Assembly (NCBI GenBank): GCA_963801165.1
Contig: CAWDDT010000013.1
Coordinates: 224,001-288,000, forward strand
From: an uncultured bacterium
Lineage (GTDB): Bacteria; Actinomycetota; Acidimicrobiia; Spongiisociales; UBA5794
Direction: 5' to 3'
Length of the DNA: 64,000 nt
A program made the translations under genes and the position numbers. The notes beneath the pieces were generated by a model that searched no databases, was not told the DNA's origin, and saw only the letters and a list, made by a program, of their open reading frames with translations. This document shows, one piece after another, positions 9,402-19,690 of the stretch (position 1 is its first letter; each line of letters opens with the position of its first letter).

Positions 9402-11444
9402 TCAGGCGAGCGCCACCTCTACGACGGTGTCGAAGAATGCGACGCCACCACCCCAATCGGTGTCGGCGGCGCTGGTCAGGGTGTTGGCGGTAGCCGGGGC
9501 GCCATCCTCGCTCCACCAGCCGAAGGGGACGGCTACCACGCCGGGCCGGAGCCGGTCCGAGAGCATGGCCGGCAACGTCAGCTCGCCCCGGTCGTTCCAC
9601 ACCCGCACCGGTGCGCCCTCGACGATGCCACGAGCGGCGGCATCGGCCGGGTCGATTTCGACAAACGGGCCGGTCTCGCGGTCGCCGTGGCCGGGAAGGT
9701 GCGAGTAAGACGTGTTGAGGAACCTGGTGTGGTTCTTCGGTGTGAGCAACCGCAACGGCAGTGTGGAACCCTCGTGACCGTTGTGCGGAGCCCCAACGGG
9801 TGCCCGAAACTCGGGTAGCGGATCGGCAAGGTCGTCGTTGGCGAGCATGGCCCGTCCCGATGGGGTGGCAAAGCCGCCCTCCCGGTACGGGAGCATCTCG
9901 TCTGGGACGTCCAGCCGCAGGAAACCCTGCTCCCGGAGCTCATCCACATCCATGCCCCTGACCGCCGAGCGGAGCAGCGTCTCGTCGTCCTCGAAGAGCT
10001 CGGGCTCGGTGAAGCCCATCGCCCGGGAGAGCCGCCGCCACAACTCGGTGTTGGGCACTGCCTCGCCCTGAGGCGCAATCGCCGGCTCGTTCCAGCCCAG
10101 GTAGAGATGGCCCCACGCCGGGACGACGTCGACCTGCTCGAGCTGTGTGGTCGCCGGGAAGATGACGTCGGCGTAGCGAGCCGTGTCGGTGAGGAACTGC
10201 TCGGAGACCACCGTGAACAGGTCGTCGCGGGCCAGCCCGGCCTGGATGCGAGCGGCGTCGGGGACGGTTACCAGCGGGTTCCCGTTCCATACGAAAAGCG
10301 CCTTGACCGGCGGTTCCAGCGACGGGTCGGTGAGGACGGCACCGAGATGGTTCATGTTGATCCCCCGCCGCTCCGGGACCTCAAAACTCACCCGATCGAA
10401 CACCGAGTCGTCGACGTTGACGTCGCTCCAGGTGCCGACGCTGCGGGCGAGCCCGCCACCCGGGTGCCGCCACGAGCCGGTGATGGTGGGCAAACAGGCG
10501 AGGGTACGGAAGAATGTGGCGCCGTTCTCGTGGTGCTCGGCGCCGATCAAGGTGCGGATGAAGGCGGGTGAGGCGGTGCCGTAGGAGGTGGCGAGACGCT
10601 CTATCTCTTCAGCAGCGACCCCGCATACTGCGGCGGCACGCTCCGGGGTCCAGCCCGCGACGTGGGCGGCGAGGCGGTCGAAGCCGTCCGTGTATTGGTC
10701 GATGTATTCGTGGTCGACGAGGTCGTCGCGGATGAGGACGTGCATCATCGCCAGCATCAGGGCGACGTCCGTGCCCGGGAGCGGCTGGACGAACCAGTCG
10801 GCGGACGATGCGGTGATGGTCCGGATCGGGTCGACGACGACCACGGTGGCTCCGGCAGCTCTGGCCTCCTCGACAAAGGGCCACAGATGACGGTTGGTGA
10901 GCCGGGTGTTGGTGCCCCACAGAATCACGAGCTCCGCGAGACGGAGATCGGCCGGATCGCAGGCCCGGCCGGATCCGAGCGTGGCCGCGACCCCGGCGCC
11001 GGCGGTCGCTCCACACAGCGACCCGGTTTGGCGGCTGGCACCCAGCCTGGCAAAGAACCTGCGGTCGAGCGCGCTCATCTGGATGAGTCCCTGGGTACCG
11101 GCGGAGCCCCAGGACAGCACCGCCTCGCCACCCCACTCGGCCACAATCGAGCCGAGACGCTCGGCGACCACGGCCAACGCCTCATCCCAGGTTGCCGCGG
11201 TGTACCGGCCACTCCCCTTCGGGCCGGTGCGCAGCAAGGGCCGCAGCAAACGGTCGGGCGAGTACACCCGGTCGAGGAACCGGTTCACCTTGGGACAAAG
11301 CTCACCACGCGAGTAGGGGTGGTCAGGGTTGCCGCGCAGTTTCACTGCCACGCCGTCCTCGACAGTGGCGACCCACCCGCAGCTGTCGGGGCAGTCGTGG
11401 TGACAGGTGCCGAGTATGCGAAGAGATTGCGCCTGCGTCGTCAT
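9402..11444 (-). CDS. Molybdopterin-dependent oxidoreductase (DMSO reductase superfamily)
   Basis: CHHDCPDSC..C Fe-S motif, ILWGTN, TDTARYADVIFP, C-terminal molybdopterin dinucleotide-binding domain. Confidence 0.95.
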   Translation of the reverse strand: MTTQAQSLRILGTCHHDCPDSCGWVATVEDGVAVKLRGNPDHPYSRGELCPKVNRFLDRVYSPDRLLRPLLRTGPKGSGRYTAATWDEALAVVAERLGSIVAEWGGEAVLSWGSAGTQGLIQMSALDRRFFARLGASRQTGSLCGATAGAGVAATLGSGRACDPADLRLAELVILWGTNTRLTNRHLWPFVEEARAAGATVVVVDPIRTITASSADWFVQPLPGTDVALMLAMMHVLIRDDLVDHEYIDQYTDGFDRLAAHVAGWTPERAAAVCGVAAEEIERLATSYGTASPAFIRTLIGAEHHENGATFFRTLACLPTITGSWRHPGGGLARSVGTWSDVNVDDSVFDRVSFEVPERRGINMNHLGAVLTDPSLEPPVKALFVWNGNPLVTVPDAARIQAGLARDDLFTVVSEQFLTDTARYADVIFPATTQLEQVDVVPAWGHLYLGWNEPAIAPQGEAVPNTELWRRLSRAMGFTEPELFEDDETLLRSAVRGMDVDELREQGFLRLDVPDEMLPYREGGFATPSGRAMLANDDLADPLPEFRAPVGAPHNGHEGSTLPLRLLTPKNHTRFLNTSYSHLPGHGDRETGPFVEIDPADAAARGIVEGAPVRVWNDRGELTLPAMLSDRLRPGVVAVPFGWWSEDGAPATANTLTSAADTDWGGGVAFFDTVVEVALA

Positions 11445-11536
11445 GACGCCGGATTCTACGGAGCCGCGCCCCGACCGAGCGACGGTTTCCGGTCGCCCGG
11501 GCCGGCGACGACAACGTGGTCAGTAGCGTCGGCTCG

Positions 11537-12103
11537 TCACTGCCAGCGACCGAGCGCCTTCGTGGCCAGCTGGGCGGCATCCTCGATCCGCGACATATCG
11601 CCCGGGTCGATCCCGAGGAAGATGATCTGCAGCTCGACGAAGCGACCACCGTCACCGGTGACGATCGCCCCCACCGTGTCACCTTCGGGGTTGGTGACCG
11701 CAACCGTGTCGGTTCCGACCGACACGGGGATCGTCTGGGCGGCGTCCGGGAAGTCGGTTGCAGCAACCGATGCCGCGTCGCCGTCGCGCTCGAAGGCTAT
11801 GACCGACATGTCGGCGATGCTTCCGTCTGGCGGGATGAACCCACAGCCGAGCATCGAGTCCTCCCCCGCATCGAGGGTGTGGCCGGCGAGCGCGGTTGCC
11901 TCTTCGGCTGTGATCAGCGAGCAGTTGTCCGGTGGCTCACCATCAGACATGTCGGCCGTCGTCGTCTCGGCCGCCATCGTCGTCTCGGTCGCAAGCGTCG
12001 TTTCCGCTGCGGTCGTGGTGACGGTCGTATCCGTTCCCTGGTCCCCGGAGCAAGCCGCGAGCAATAGCGCGACGAGCACTCCGACAATCGCAAAGCGTCC
12101 CAT
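11537..12103 (-). CDS. Hypothetical lipoprotein
   Basis: MGRFAIVGVLVALLLAAC lipobox, GAGGAG RBS, CSLIT..EA motif. Confidence 0.75.
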   Translation of the reverse strand: MGRFAIVGVLVALLLAACSGDQGTDTTVTTTAAETTLATETTMAAETTTADMSDGEPPDNCSLITAEEATALAGHTLDAGEDSMLGCGFIPPDGSIADMSVIAFERDGDAASVAATDFPDAAQTIPVSVGTDTVAVTNPEGDTVGAIVTGDGGRFVELQIIFLGIDPGDMSRIEDAAQLATKALGRWQ

Positions 12104-12442
12104 ATCAAACTCCTCGCTCGATGCACTCCTGGTGGGGGTGAACAGCCACCCTAGGGTCGAGGGTGATATACCGAATGGGGGTGTGCCGGCGGCCGATATG
12201 GAGGAGATCGCCGCTCTTGCGCGGACCGCCGGCATGGACCCGACGCCGGAGCAGGCCCTGGTAACCGGTCGCGCCTGGCGCTACACTTTCGTTTAACACC
12301 GGGTGCATCACCAGCATCCGATTTGGCAACGGGCCCCTCGTCCCCCCTGGGGGCCTGTTGCATTCAGGCAGGCACCAAGCGGACCCAGGAGCCGTACGGA
12401 GCCGGGCGGCTCAGACGGCTGTCAACGCCTACAGCGGGCGTA

Positions 12443-13825
12443 CTAGCCGGTCGGAGGTGAGGCGTCCGCCCTCTCTCCTTCCCGGCCGCCCAGGTCGAGC
12501 CGGAACGGCGGGTACTCGTCACGCATCAATGCTGCGTAGGCGCCGACCCGGAACACCCATCGGTTGAGACCCATGATCAGATCGAAAAGGCCGCGGGGGT
12601 AGCGGGCGGTGAACAGCAGCGACAATGCGGCGATGAACACCAGGAGACCGATCAGACCGCCGCCGAGCTTCAGAGCCCCCTCGCCCCCGATGTGGGTGGT
12701 CCACCACACCAAACCGCTCGTGAACAACCCGACGATGATGTAGTGCGGAATGGCGAGCAGCCACCATTTCACCAACACCAAACCGCGCGACAGCTCTTCT
12801 GGGTAGGCAACGTCGAGACGGGCCGGATAGTCGACATCGTCGAGCGTGAACGGGGGGTATTGGTCGGTGCCGAGCGCGCTGTAGGTATAGAAGGCGACGC
12901 GCCAGCTCCACCGCAGCACGCCCACGTTGAAGTCGAAGATCCCGCGGGGATAGCGACCGGTGAACAAGATGGAGAAGCCGGCCACGACGGTCAGAAGCAC
13001 AAAGGCGATCCACAGGAACGCCAGGATGATGAAGTGCGGAATAGCCAGCAGCCACTTCACCAGCCAAATCCACCGGCTCAGGTTCTGGTCGAGGGTGCCC
13101 TCGATGGTGAGGGGATAGGCACCTGCGGGTGCCGGCGCCGGAGTCGCGGCCGCCCCCTCGGGCTCCCCTCGCGCCGGGACTACTGCCCAAACCAGCAGCG
13201 CCGCGGCACCGATCCCGAGCAGAAGCCCAAAGACGAGCAAGCCGATCCCGAGCCCGAGCAGGATGCCGATCCGGGCACCCGCGGTCACGGCGACCATAAC
13301 GCCCTGGCCGCCATCGGCGTTCATGACGACGACACTCCAGTTGCCCGACGTCACATCCCATGTGATGGTCTGGGCTCCGGCACCCGTGGCGGAGGCGACC
13401 CAGAAGGTTTGGTCGCCCGGCGGCGTTGCCGGCGCCGAACCGCTGTGGGAGCGATAGTCGACGTCTGAGGATCTGCCCAGGTGGGTAACCTCGTCACGGG
13501 TGACGTCGCCGAGATAGGAGGCGACATCATCCGACGGCCCGATCCCAACGAACACCGCGGTCCCCCCGCCGTCCTCGGCTTCAAAACGAACATCGGCCAG
13601 ATGACCCGGCCACCAGTCTCCAGGTCGGGCGGCGATGTCGATGCCGGAGGAGGTGAGGGCATACCCCTGTGTCTCCAGCTCATAGGTCGGGCTGTGGTAG
13701 TACCCGTCAGCGTCCCGTTGGGTGGTGTGCGCCCAGATCAGGGCGGCGCCGCCCACGAGCAATCCCACTGCCACCAATGCCACGATCACGGCGACCACGG
13801 CGGCGGCGATCTTGCCTGCCTTCAT
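12443..13825 (-). CDS. DUF4389-domain membrane protein
   Basis: Two LSR..LVKW.LAIPH...FT.RYPRG.FD...YPPF repeats. Confidence 0.9.
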   Translation of the reverse strand: MKAGKIAAAVVAVIVALVAVGLLVGGAALIWAHTTQRDADGYYHSPTYELETQGYALTSSGIDIAARPGDWWPGHLADVRFEAEDGGGTAVFVGIGPSDDVASYLGDVTRDEVTHLGRSSDVDYRSHSGSAPATPPGDQTFWVASATGAGAQTITWDVTSGNWSVVVMNADGGQGVMVAVTAGARIGILLGLGIGLLVFGLLLGIGAAALLVWAVVPARGEPEGAAATPAPAPAGAYPLTIEGTLDQNLSRWIWLVKWLLAIPHFIILAFLWIAFVLLTVVAGFSILFTGRYPRGIFDFNVGVLRWSWRVAFYTYSALGTDQYPPFTLDDVDYPARLDVAYPEELSRGLVLVKWWLLAIPHYIIVGLFTSGLVWWTTHIGGEGALKLGGGLIGLLVFIAALSLLFTARYPRGLFDLIMGLNRWVFRVGAYAALMRDEYPPFRLDLGGREGERADASPPTG

Positions 13826-13989
13826 GACTCACTCCTCACCACGAGCACCTTCCTGCTCAATCATGCATGGCCGGCAGCGGATGTGAAAGGGTCAAACGGC
13901 CATCGGCCGAAAGTACGAGCACAGCGCTCGAGCGGGACCAATATGTCGGTGCAGCGCGATACGGTTGCGGTATAGGCAGAAGGAGTGCG

Positions 13990-14343
13990 ATGCGCATCCA
14001 AACCGGACAGCTCGTAGCCCTGGGATATGGAAGGTATGTTCGCTCGGATGAGGTCGTCGCCATCGAACCGATAGTCGAAGGCCGCGGCCCGGGCAAACGA
14101 ACCCTGGTGTGGGTGCGAGGGGTGGCCGACCCCATCATCGCCTCGCGGGCGGAAGGCTCCATAGTCGACGACCTGGTCACACCCGCCGAGGAAGCCACTC
14201 GCATGAACGCGCAACGTGCGGCGTTGCGCCAAATGCTCAGCGCCCTCGAAGGCGTCTCCCCGGGAGTCCGCCGCGTGCTCGATGAGGAGACCGGCATCGA
14301 CTTCACCGAGCTCATCAACCAGGGGCACCGAGTCCTCGGCTGA
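13990..14343 (+). CDS. Small hypothetical protein, weakly RemA/DUF370-like N-terminus
   Basis: AGGAG RBS; LVALGYGRYVRSDEVVAIEP. Confidence 0.65.
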   Translation: MRIQTGQLVALGYGRYVRSDEVVAIEPIVEGRGPGKRTLVWVRGVADPIIASRAEGSIVDDLVTPAEEATRMNAQRAALRQMLSALEGVSPGVRRVLDEETGIDFTELINQGHRVLG

Positions 14344-14598
14344 GTAGCGACGCCGCATTCACGGCGAGGACGCCCGACGCGGGACGGCCACTACTGCCGG
14401 CGACGCGCCGGGTCGCGGTGTCGATCCCGTCGAGGTGGCGCTGTTGCAGGTCGATGAGCCGGGAGCGCTTCCCTGCCACCGACGTTGTGTTCACCGGACC
14501 CGTCGGCATCGAGCCGGGACAGCTCCTCGGCACTGGAGAAGCCCGAAACACGCCACCCCGGCGGGCAGACCGTCCAATGTTGGCGCTCCTGCCGGGGT

Positions 14599-14907
14599 CT
14601 AGGGATGGGGACAGAAGCGGATTACGTCTCTCCCCTGCTTGCCGTCGGTGGGCTCGAGGAACGCCTTGCCGACCAGGTGAACCTCAGCGTGGTCGTCGGG
14701 GCGGTGTGCCGGGAGCCGGCCCGGGTGTAGCACAACCCAGCAGAAGGAATCGCGCCGCAGGTTCTCGGTCGTGGTGGTGCCATCCCGGCATTCGAGGAGC
14801 AGGGTGCCGTCGGGCAACGGCTCCCACGCCAGCGATGCGAGGTGCATTGTGGCGTCCGGGTTCCTGGTGGCAAAGATGGCTGGTGCGGGATGCTCGGGTT
14901 GCTCCAT
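14599..14907 (-). CDS. Small hypothetical protein divergent from the SARP regulator
   Basis: 102-aa ORF with protein-like composition filling an intergenic gap. Confidence 0.45.
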   Translation of the reverse strand: MEQPEHPAPAIFATRNPDATMHLASLAWEPLPDGTLLLECRDGTTTTENLRRDSFCWVVLHPGRLPAHRPDDHAEVHLVGKAFLEPTDGKQGRDVIRFCPHP

Positions 14908-14995
14908 GCCCACCAATGTATCTGTGGACCGTTTGCCGAATGTTTGTGCGACCGATCGCCCGCATCGATCGCGACGGCCGGGTACTCTCGCCCGG

Positions 14996-17900
14996 ATGAG
15001 TGGCGCCCCATCTTCACCGGTATTATCGATACGCACGCTTGGTGAAGTCTCGCTGTGGCGGGACGGCGAGCGCATCTCGGAACTCCGATCGACCAAGGCC
15101 GTGGCCCTCCTGGTCTATGTGGCCGAGACCGGCCACCTCCATCGCCGATCGTCGCTGGCCGGGCTGTTGTGGAGCGACCGCGACGAGGCGGCGGCCCGCA
15201 ACAACCTACGGCAGACGCTGACTGCGCTGCGAAAAGTGGTCCCCGACCATCTGCTCGTCGACGGTGACCAGGTTGGCATCACCGGGGATTACACGATCGA
15301 CACCCGGCCCATCGAGCCAGACGGTTACCGGGGCGATTTCCTCGCCGGGCTCGAAGTGCCCGATGCCCAGCTGTTCGACGAATGGGTGCAGCGGACCAGG
15401 TCGGCGCACGCCATGGTGGCGGTGTCGGTGTTGGAGACGGCAGCCGCCCGGGCGCTCCAGCAGGGCGACAGCGCGGGTGGTTTGGCCGCGGCGCACCGCA
15501 TCCTCGATCTCGAGCCGTGGAACGAGATAGGCCATCGACTGGTGATGCGGCTGCTGGCAGCCGACGACCGGGTCCCGGAGGCGGTGCAGCAATATGACCG
15601 GTGTGCCGGGGTCCTCCGTGACGAGCTCGGTGTCGAGCCCTCCGCCGAGACGCAGGCGCTGCTGGCAGCGATCGAGGCTGGTGGGCCCGGCGAGGACGGC
15701 AAACCCGACACTGCGACTCTTCCGATCCCCTCCACTCTCTTGTTCGGACGGGATGCGGAGCTCCAAGAGCTCACTGAAGCACTCTGCCACGGGCCTTCCC
15801 GGCTGATCTCGGTCGTCGGCCCGGGCGGCATCGGCAAAACGCGGTTGGCCGCGGCGGTGGCCAACCGGATTCGCAACATAGAGAACGGTGATGTGACGGT
15901 GGTGACCCTGGAGGGCACCACCGATCCGGCCCGGGTCGCTCATGAGCTGGCGACGGCGTGCGGGATCATCCTGATGACCGGCCACAACCCGGTGCGTCAG
16001 ATCACCGACCGGCTCGCCGAGCGGGACATGTTGATCGTGATCGACAACGCCGAGCAGGTGACGAACGCAGTGGGCGACGTGGCATCGGCGCTGCTGTCTG
16101 CCTGCCCGAGGGTGCGCCTGCTGGTGACGAGCCGTGTCGTGCTCAACGTGGCCAGCGAGGAGGTGTTCCGGCTGGGTGGGCTCGCCGTCGACTGCGCCGA
16201 CCCGGGGCGGACCTCCCCTGCGGTCGAGCTGTTTGTGGATCGTGCCCGCCGCGTGATTCGCTCCTTCGAGGCCGATGCCACCGTCACCGAGATCTGCCGC
16301 ATGGTCGGCGGCATGCCACTGGCCATCGAGCTGGCGGCCCGCCTCGTCTCCGGGCACCGGCCGGAGGAAATCCGGGATGCATTGCTGGAGAGCATCGACA
16401 TCCTCACCACCGACGTGCGGGACGTCCCCGATCGGCAGCGGAGCATGGCGTCGGTGCTCGAGCATTCGTGGGCTCGTCTCGATGACATCGACCGGCGGCT
16501 GCTGGCTCGCCTGAGCGTGTTTCGAGGCGGGTTCGATCGGGCTGCGGCGATGGCCGTCGCCGGAGCGGACCCGGCAGCACTACAGCGGCTGGTGGGACGG
16601 ACCCTCCTGGCACTCGGCCGGCACGGCAGGTTCGAGATTCACGAGTTGATCCGTCAGTTTGCGGCCAGAAAGCTGAGCGAGGAAATTGGCGACAGGGAAG
16701 ATACGTTGCGGGACTATGCCCGGCACTTCCTGTCGGTGCTGGTGGATGCCGAGGCGGCGCTGGCCGGATCTGATGCCAGGGCCACGACGGCGCGTCTTGT
16801 GGCGGACATCGACAACATCGACGCGGCCTGGCTGCACGCCGTTGCGCTGGGTGACCATCAGTGGCTGCTACGCGGCTCCCCCGGGCTCTACCGGCTGTGC
16901 CAATCCGCCGGGCGGATGGCGGCCGGCGTCGACCTGTTCGAATGGGCGGCGGGCGCCACCGACCCGGTGCTGGCCGCCAGGGCGTCGGCGTACCAGCTGG
17001 CGTTGGCGTGGCATGAGAGCCCCATCGATATCTGTGCGCAGCGCTACGAGCGGGGGCGGGCGCTGGTAGCGGGCGACACCGAGGAGGAAAAACGATCGCG
17101 GGTGATGCTGGCGTCGGGGTTCGGCCAGGCGCTTACGGAGCAGGCCGGCGACATCGACCGGTCCCGCAACATCTTCACCGAGGCCCTGCGACTTCTCGAG
17201 GAGTTCGACGACCCGGATCTACAGGCGTTCACGAGAGTGGCGGCGGCCAAGACCGAGACAACCGGCGGCCGTTTCGACGCTGCACTCGCGCTGCTCGACC
17301 CGGCGGCAGATTGGTTCCGCCAGACGGGGAACATTGCAGGTGCTGCCGAGGCGGCCAGCCGGATGGCGATGGCGTATGCCGAGCAATGCCGGGTGGGCCC
17401 CGCGCTCGAGTGGGACATCGCTGCGCTCGAGGCCTTCGACGCCCTCGGCAACCACACCCGGGCGTCGCACAGCGCCGGCAATGTCGGCGCCTCGTATGTG
17501 CTGGTGGGCGATTGGCCCAGGGCAGAGTCGTACACGTTGCGGGCGCTGGCGATGGCCCAAAAAATCGGCGATACGCTGCAGCTCCCCTATCTCGAATGTC
17601 AGCTGGCGGAGGTGAAGGCGGGGGCGGGTGATCGGGCCACGGCCGAGGAGCTCTTCACATCGGGGATCGCCGGGATCAGACGCAACGGTTTCTCACTGGG
17701 TCTGCGTCTCAAGCTGCCCGAATGGGGCCGCTTCCTCGTTGAAGAAAAGCGACATGTCCAAGCCCAGGCGGTGCTCGACGAGGGGCGGGACGTGTGGAAG
17801 AGCATCGGCGGGGAGCATTTCCTGACGACGGTCGAGGCGACCAGAGCCCGGGCGCTGCTCGGCCAGGGACGCGACGACGAGGCAACCGGTGCAGCGCGCC

Positions 17901-18136
17901 ATGTGTGGCGCAACATCGAACAAGTGCAAGCGAGCGGGTTGCCGTATCCGATCGAGTCGATGGTCGATTGCCTCTACGTCTTCGACGCACTCGGAGACAA
18001 GCAGCTGGCCGCCGATGTGGTGGAGTTGGCCGGCGTGGCGATCCGCCGGGTCCTATCGGAGATCGCCGACCCGCACCTCAGGGAGACCTTCCTGAACCTC
18101 GCCGACTGCCAGGTAGTCCTGAACCGATCCACCTGA
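14996..18136 (+). CDS. AfsR/SARP-type regulator: HTH, BTAD, STAND ATPase, TPR-like tail
   Basis: LAGLLW..ARNNLRQTL, EPWNE..HRLVM, ELGVEPS, Walker A GPGGIGKT, IVIDNAE, GMPLAIELAA. Confidence 0.92.
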   Translation: MSGAPSSPVLSIRTLGEVSLWRDGERISELRSTKAVALLVYVAETGHLHRRSSLAGLLWSDRDEAAARNNLRQTLTALRKVVPDHLLVDGDQVGITGDYTIDTRPIEPDGYRGDFLAGLEVPDAQLFDEWVQRTRSAHAMVAVSVLETAAARALQQGDSAGGLAAAHRILDLEPWNEIGHRLVMRLLAADDRVPEAVQQYDRCAGVLRDELGVEPSAETQALLAAIEAGGPGEDGKPDTATLPIPSTLLFGRDAELQELTEALCHGPSRLISVVGPGGIGKTRLAAAVANRIRNIENGDVTVVTLEGTTDPARVAHELATACGIILMTGHNPVRQITDRLAERDMLIVIDNAEQVTNAVGDVASALLSACPRVRLLVTSRVVLNVASEEVFRLGGLAVDCADPGRTSPAVELFVDRARRVIRSFEADATVTEICRMVGGMPLAIELAARLVSGHRPEEIRDALLESIDILTTDVRDVPDRQRSMASVLEHSWARLDDIDRRLLARLSVFRGGFDRAAAMAVAGADPAALQRLVGRTLLALGRHGRFEIHELIRQFAARKLSEEIGDREDTLRDYARHFLSVLVDAEAALAGSDARATTARLVADIDNIDAAWLHAVALGDHQWLLRGSPGLYRLCQSAGRMAAGVDLFEWAAGATDPVLAARASAYQLALAWHESPIDICAQRYERGRALVAGDTEEEKRSRVMLASGFGQALTEQAGDIDRSRNIFTEALRLLEEFDDPDLQAFTRVAAAKTETTGGRFDAALALLDPAADWFRQTGNIAGAAEAASRMAMAYAEQCRVGPALEWDIAALEAFDALGNHTRASHSAGNVGASYVLVGDWPRAESYTLRALAMAQKIGDTLQLPYLECQLAEVKAGAGDRATAEELFTSGIAGIRRNGFSLGLRLKLPEWGRFLVEEKRHVQAQAVLDEGRDVWKSIGGEHFLTTVEATRARALLGQGRDDEATGAARHVWRNIEQVQASGLPYPIESMVDCLYVFDALGDKQLAADVVELAGVAIRRVLSEIADPHLRETFLNLADCQVVLNRST

Positions 18137-18175
18137 TACGCGTCCGGCCACGCCGTTCCCCCGGTACCGGCCCAC

Positions 18176-18320
18176 CCGTCCTTCCCCCCTCGCCCGGGCT
18201 TCGCCCGGTCGATCCCCCCGGAAACGGGGGGATTGCCGGAGCAGAACAACAGCCACCACCGCCCGTCCTTCCCCTCGCCCGGGCTACACCCGGTCGATCC
18301 CCCGGGACTACTCGAGGGGA
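18176..18320. repeat. Two REP-like units related (reverse complement) to the 108-bp repeat
   Basis: tccttcccc(c)tcgcccgggct(t/a)c(g/a)cccggtcgatcccc twice, matching the reverse complement of the 4714 unit. Confidence 0.75.
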
Positions 18321-18401
18321 GGGTGACAACCGGTCGCAACTGCTGTCCCGTCCTCCCGGCCGCGTCGTCGTGTGTCGGGGGTGGGCGATAGGCTCTGGCG
18401 C

Positions 18402-19481
18402 ATGGATCTTCCCGTGAACCCGCCGATCAAGCCGATGCTCGCCAAACCCGTCGAGAAACTCCCGGTGGGCGAAGTGTCCTACGAGATGAAATGGGACGGG
18501 TTTCGCTGCATCGTGTTTCGTGACGGCGACGAGATCGTGCTCGGCTCCCGCAACGAGAAGCCTCTCAACCGCTATTTCCCTGAGATGGAACCGGTGCTGC
18601 TCGAAACCCTGCCGGAGCGCTGTGTCGTCGACGGTGAGCTGTTCGTCAGCATCGACGGCCGGCTCGACTTCGACGCTCTCGGCCAGCGGATCCATCCCGC
18701 CGAATCGCGGGTGAACATGCTCGCAGCAGAGACCCCGGCCGGTTTCGTGGCATTCGATCTGCTCGCCCTCGGCAACGAATCGTATCTCGATAGACCCTTC
18801 GGGGAGCGCCGCGAGGCCCTCGAGGGCATCGCAGGCGGGTTCCGGCCGCCGGTGCACCTCGCCCCCGCCACCGGCGACCCGGAGCTGGCGATGGAGTGGT
18901 TCAACACCACCGAGGGTGCCGGGTTGGACGGGCTGATCATCAAACCGCTCGGCGACCGGTATGTGTTTGACAAGCGGGTCCAGTTCAAGCTCAAGCACGT
19001 CCGCAGCGCAGATTGCGTCGTCGCCGGATACCGGATGCACAAATCCGGTGACGGGGTCGGTTCGCTGATACTTGGTTTGTATGCGCCGGATGGGCAGCTT
19101 TGGCACGTGGGGGTGGCAGCCAGCTTCACCGCCGCAAGACGCAAGGAGCTGGCCGTCGAGATGGAGCCGCTCGTTCTCGACGACATCGGAGGGCATCCGT
19201 GGGCAGGATGGATGGACGCCAAAGCCAACGCCGACGGCTCGATGCCCGGAGCGCCGAACCGCTGGAGCGGTGCATCAGGTCGTGACCATTCGTGGATCCC
19301 GGTGCGGCCGGAGCGGGTGGTGGAGGTGCGCTACACGTGGACGACGGCGGGCCGGTTCCGTGGCACAACCAAGATGCTGCGTTGGCGCCCCGACCGCGAG
19401 CCCGATTCCTGCAGCACCAACCAGCTCGCCGATCCCGATCCGATTCCCGCCGATTCCCCGGTGCGCCCCATCGTCGGGTAG
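18402..19481 (+). CDS. ligC: ATP-dependent DNA ligase, LigC type
   Basis: PMLAK, EMKWDGFR, VDGE, AFDLL, GLDGLIIK, KLKH, RWRPDR. Confidence 0.9.
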   Translation: MDLPVNPPIKPMLAKPVEKLPVGEVSYEMKWDGFRCIVFRDGDEIVLGSRNEKPLNRYFPEMEPVLLETLPERCVVDGELFVSIDGRLDFDALGQRIHPAESRVNMLAAETPAGFVAFDLLALGNESYLDRPFGERREALEGIAGGFRPPVHLAPATGDPELAMEWFNTTEGAGLDGLIIKPLGDRYVFDKRVQFKLKHVRSADCVVAGYRMHKSGDGVGSLILGLYAPDGQLWHVGVAASFTAARRKELAVEMEPLVLDDIGGHPWAGWMDAKANADGSMPGAPNRWSGASGRDHSWIPVRPERVVEVRYTWTTAGRFRGTTKMLRWRPDREPDSCSTNQLADPDPIPADSPVRPIVG

Positions 19482-19690
19482 CCGCCTCAGCCTCGGTGAG
19501 GTTCGAGTTTCTCCGTGGCCCCGCGCAGATCTCCGGCATATGACGACGTCTTCCGCAGCGGCGAGCGGGGGCGGGGTCTGGCTCACCAGCTGGCGGGATA
19601 CCCGATGAGCCATCCGACGTCCCGCGTCGGGAAGCCCCCGTCCCGGAGCTCCTGCGCCGCCGATGGCGTTGCCGACTGGTGTTGGCTCGG

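Noticed and set aside
12150-12440. Riboswitch or ncRNA in the intergenic gap
   Set aside because: GC-rich hairpins are present but I recognise no conserved aptamer motif.
14996-18136. Avs-type antiviral STAND protein
   Set aside because: N-terminal HTH-BTAD marks a common AfsR/SARP regulator; no effector domain.
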